Below, piece after piece: positions 63,101 through 64,000 of a DNA stretch of 64,000 nt; position 1 is the first letter of the stretch; every line of letters starts with the position of its first letter. Position numbers and translations under genes: made by a program. Location: contig CM074519.1 in assembly GCA_037379345.1 (NCBI GenBank), forward strand, positions 35,428,103 to 35,492,102, read 5' to 3'. Origin of the DNA: Perna viridis. Lineage: Eukaryota. The notes below the pieces were generated by a model that did not search any database, was not told the origin of the DNA, and saw nothing but the letters and a program-made list of their open reading frames with translations.

Positions 63101-63809
63101 GGTCCTCAGATTTAAAGTCTGTGATGAATGATATTGGACTCAATCATCAATTTAGTAATAAACTCGTATGTGATCTTAACACCGTAAATGACTCTCTTGT
63201 TGAAAAGTACGCACATGAGTGGTTTGATATGAATGAAAACTCACCAAAGTTGAGGACTTACAAAACGTTTAAATCGTTCTTCCAAATTGAACCATACGTC
63301 AAAATGAACTTATCGAAATCTGAGAGATCTATGATGGCACAGTTCAGATGTGGAATTCTCCCTTTGAGGATCGAAACAGGCCGCTATGTAGGTGAACCCA
63401 AACATCAAAGAATATGTCGTTTGTGTGACACTGACAATGTAATTGAAGATGAAATACACTTTTTGACCGAATGTTGTTTTTACAATGATATCAGAACTGA
63501 GCTTGTCAATAACATAAATGGACTTGATACTTTCAAAACCTTACCAAAATGTGAACAGTTAATTCAACTTGTGAAATATTTTCCCAGACAAACTTCAAAT
63601 ATTATTTTAAAAGCTTATTGTAAGCGTAGACAGTTCATTTACTCAAAATGATTTTTTTTTCTGGTGTTTTACTTTGCTTGAAATTGTATATAGATAAAGC
63701 TAATTTAAGTGACTTATAGGTCCAGTGGGCCGGGTGTATCTTATTTCATGTTAAAATTATTGTTTGTTAGTTTGATTTTGTACACATGTCACTATAATAA
63801 ATAATTACT
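59481..63809 (+). mobile_element. young CR1/L2-group LINE, probably 5'-truncated within ORF1
   Basis: ORF1 plus uninterrupted ORF2, short 3' UTR ending AATAAATAATTACT; possible TSD TACATAT 59474-59480 / 63810-63816. Confidence 0.93.
60148..63651 (+). CDS. LINE ORF2: APE endonuclease + reverse transcriptase + C-terminal CCHC knuckle; 1167 open codons from the ORF1 stop
   Basis: APE: LNVCG, ICETHL, GGVG, YLPP, GDLNAR, VVDY, PDH. RT: NYRGV, EQNGFR, DLKKAFD, GVKQGDNLSP, YADD (62467-62478), YKYLG. C-terminal CRLC..EDEIHFLTEC. Confidence 0.96.
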   Translation, partial: VHGRCNWTISIAQLNVCGWTENNSLLRKQIVKNVDADIFSICETHLKNDDKLEIENYKWIGSNRKEIHRNAPKGSGGVGLFVKHWINQEYTSEIIDATYDGILCVKFTSKSTDLSFTVISCYLPPENSVWGRDSQSFFAHILSIMYSYNDCDAHIICGDLNARIGSLSDVSEFDSVPERSCIDKAINQHGHAFIDFLNESKTCVLNGRYDNSKNNYTCISGKGKSVVDYICVPHEALQTFISFEVRTIRSIVEKYDLFGYLNDRSKVPDHSVLETKMNTQINVDSISKKSGSAFKKRYKLKVIPNDFFASDISKQAIQTLITRIERTRETQSNIDGIYTDLCDTILKEMDDTIPCFAPSNNTKKRFRNHKPYWNEELSTLWKDMHFKERSFLKCTGNTNSKRLKRLQFQSAQKLFDRRLRFYERRHRNAFCEELETMTTKNPNEFWAKIRNMGPRKQSEIPMEVYDDERNILNDENEVCEKWKSEFEKMYNNTNANQDFDNEFYRQSLQHKNLLENNMLDPLYQCNEELNSNITIEEVSVVIKATKNGKATGLDKIPYEVLKSPNILPILLSLFQWIFDTSLIPSLWRKAILFPILKDMSSDKREPLNYRGVCLQSCISKLFSSFMNNRLTSYLEDNDLLADEQNGFRRQRSCEDHVFTLNSIIRNNQNIIATFVDLKKAFDFVDRDMLLYKLLLKNIDGKLYNSVKSIYSLTSASIRINNTMTDWFTCYSGVKQGDNLSPTLFSIFINDLVQEINNLELGIDIHSKKLSLLLYADDIVMFATNENDMQLMLNTLHNWCKKWRVLINTDKSKVVHFRSGRRPRTSFQFKIGDNMLQITEQYKYLGVIFHEKKTFESNADNLAKAGGRALGALISKVHGLKDCGVNTFQKLFYSCVAPIIDYNAAIWGFKGFNCIDNVQNKAIRYFLGVHKFAPKSAIIGDMGWLPSRHRHFQHMVRYWNRLMKMPDDRLCKQVFLWDYNRCNNNWSSDLKSVMNDIGLNHQFSNKLVCDLNTVNDSLVEKYAHEWFDMNENSPKLRTYKTFKSFFQIEPYVKMNLSKSERSMMAQFRCGILPLRIETGRYVGEPKHQRICRLCDTDNVIEDEIHFLTECCFYNDIRTELVNNINGLDTFKTLPKCEQLIQLVKYFPRQTSNIILKAYCKRRQFIYSK

Positions 63810-64000
63810 TACATATATTGGTGTAACTTCGAATGTATTTCATTGCTAATCATGACACCACCACTCTAATTATAATATATAAGGTATCAGCATTATTATT
63901 TTTACAGGACAGTTCATCAATTATCAAACACAGATATGGGTATATGGAAATGATAACAATAACTTTAAAAAGATGAAATAAATATATCAAATTACTAAAA

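Overview
AT-rich eukaryotic (metazoan) genomic DNA. The interspersed repeats resemble bivalve, Mytilus-type families; this is recognition from memory, not a search. Positions 2700 to about 38.7 kb hold the 3' part of an unconventional myosin-XVIII gene (MYO18A-like) on the + strand. I traced 28 GT-AG exons with consistent phases (4033 nt, about 1344 codons) covering the C-terminal half of the pseudo-motor, an IQ motif, the long coiled coil and an acidic/Ser-rich tail; the 5' exons lie upstream of the window and the last exon is ambiguous. The introns carry MITEs, minisatellites and three tandem duplications that each copy an exon 3' end plus its splice donor. Downstream are a near-identical 4.3-kb tandem duplication containing an assembly gap, a decayed LINE on the - strand (about 51.5-56.1 kb), a Penelope-like 3' fragment, and a CR1/L2-group LINE with an uninterrupted ORF2 on the + strand (about 59.5-63.8 kb). 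The most striking observation is that both LINEs, though divergent in sequence, have ORF1 and ORF2 in one reading frame separated by a single UAG-G, with no AUG ahead of the endonuclease N-terminal motif. This suggests gag-pol-style stop-codon readthrough or AUG-independent reinitiation. Most short ORFs in the supplied track are spurious.
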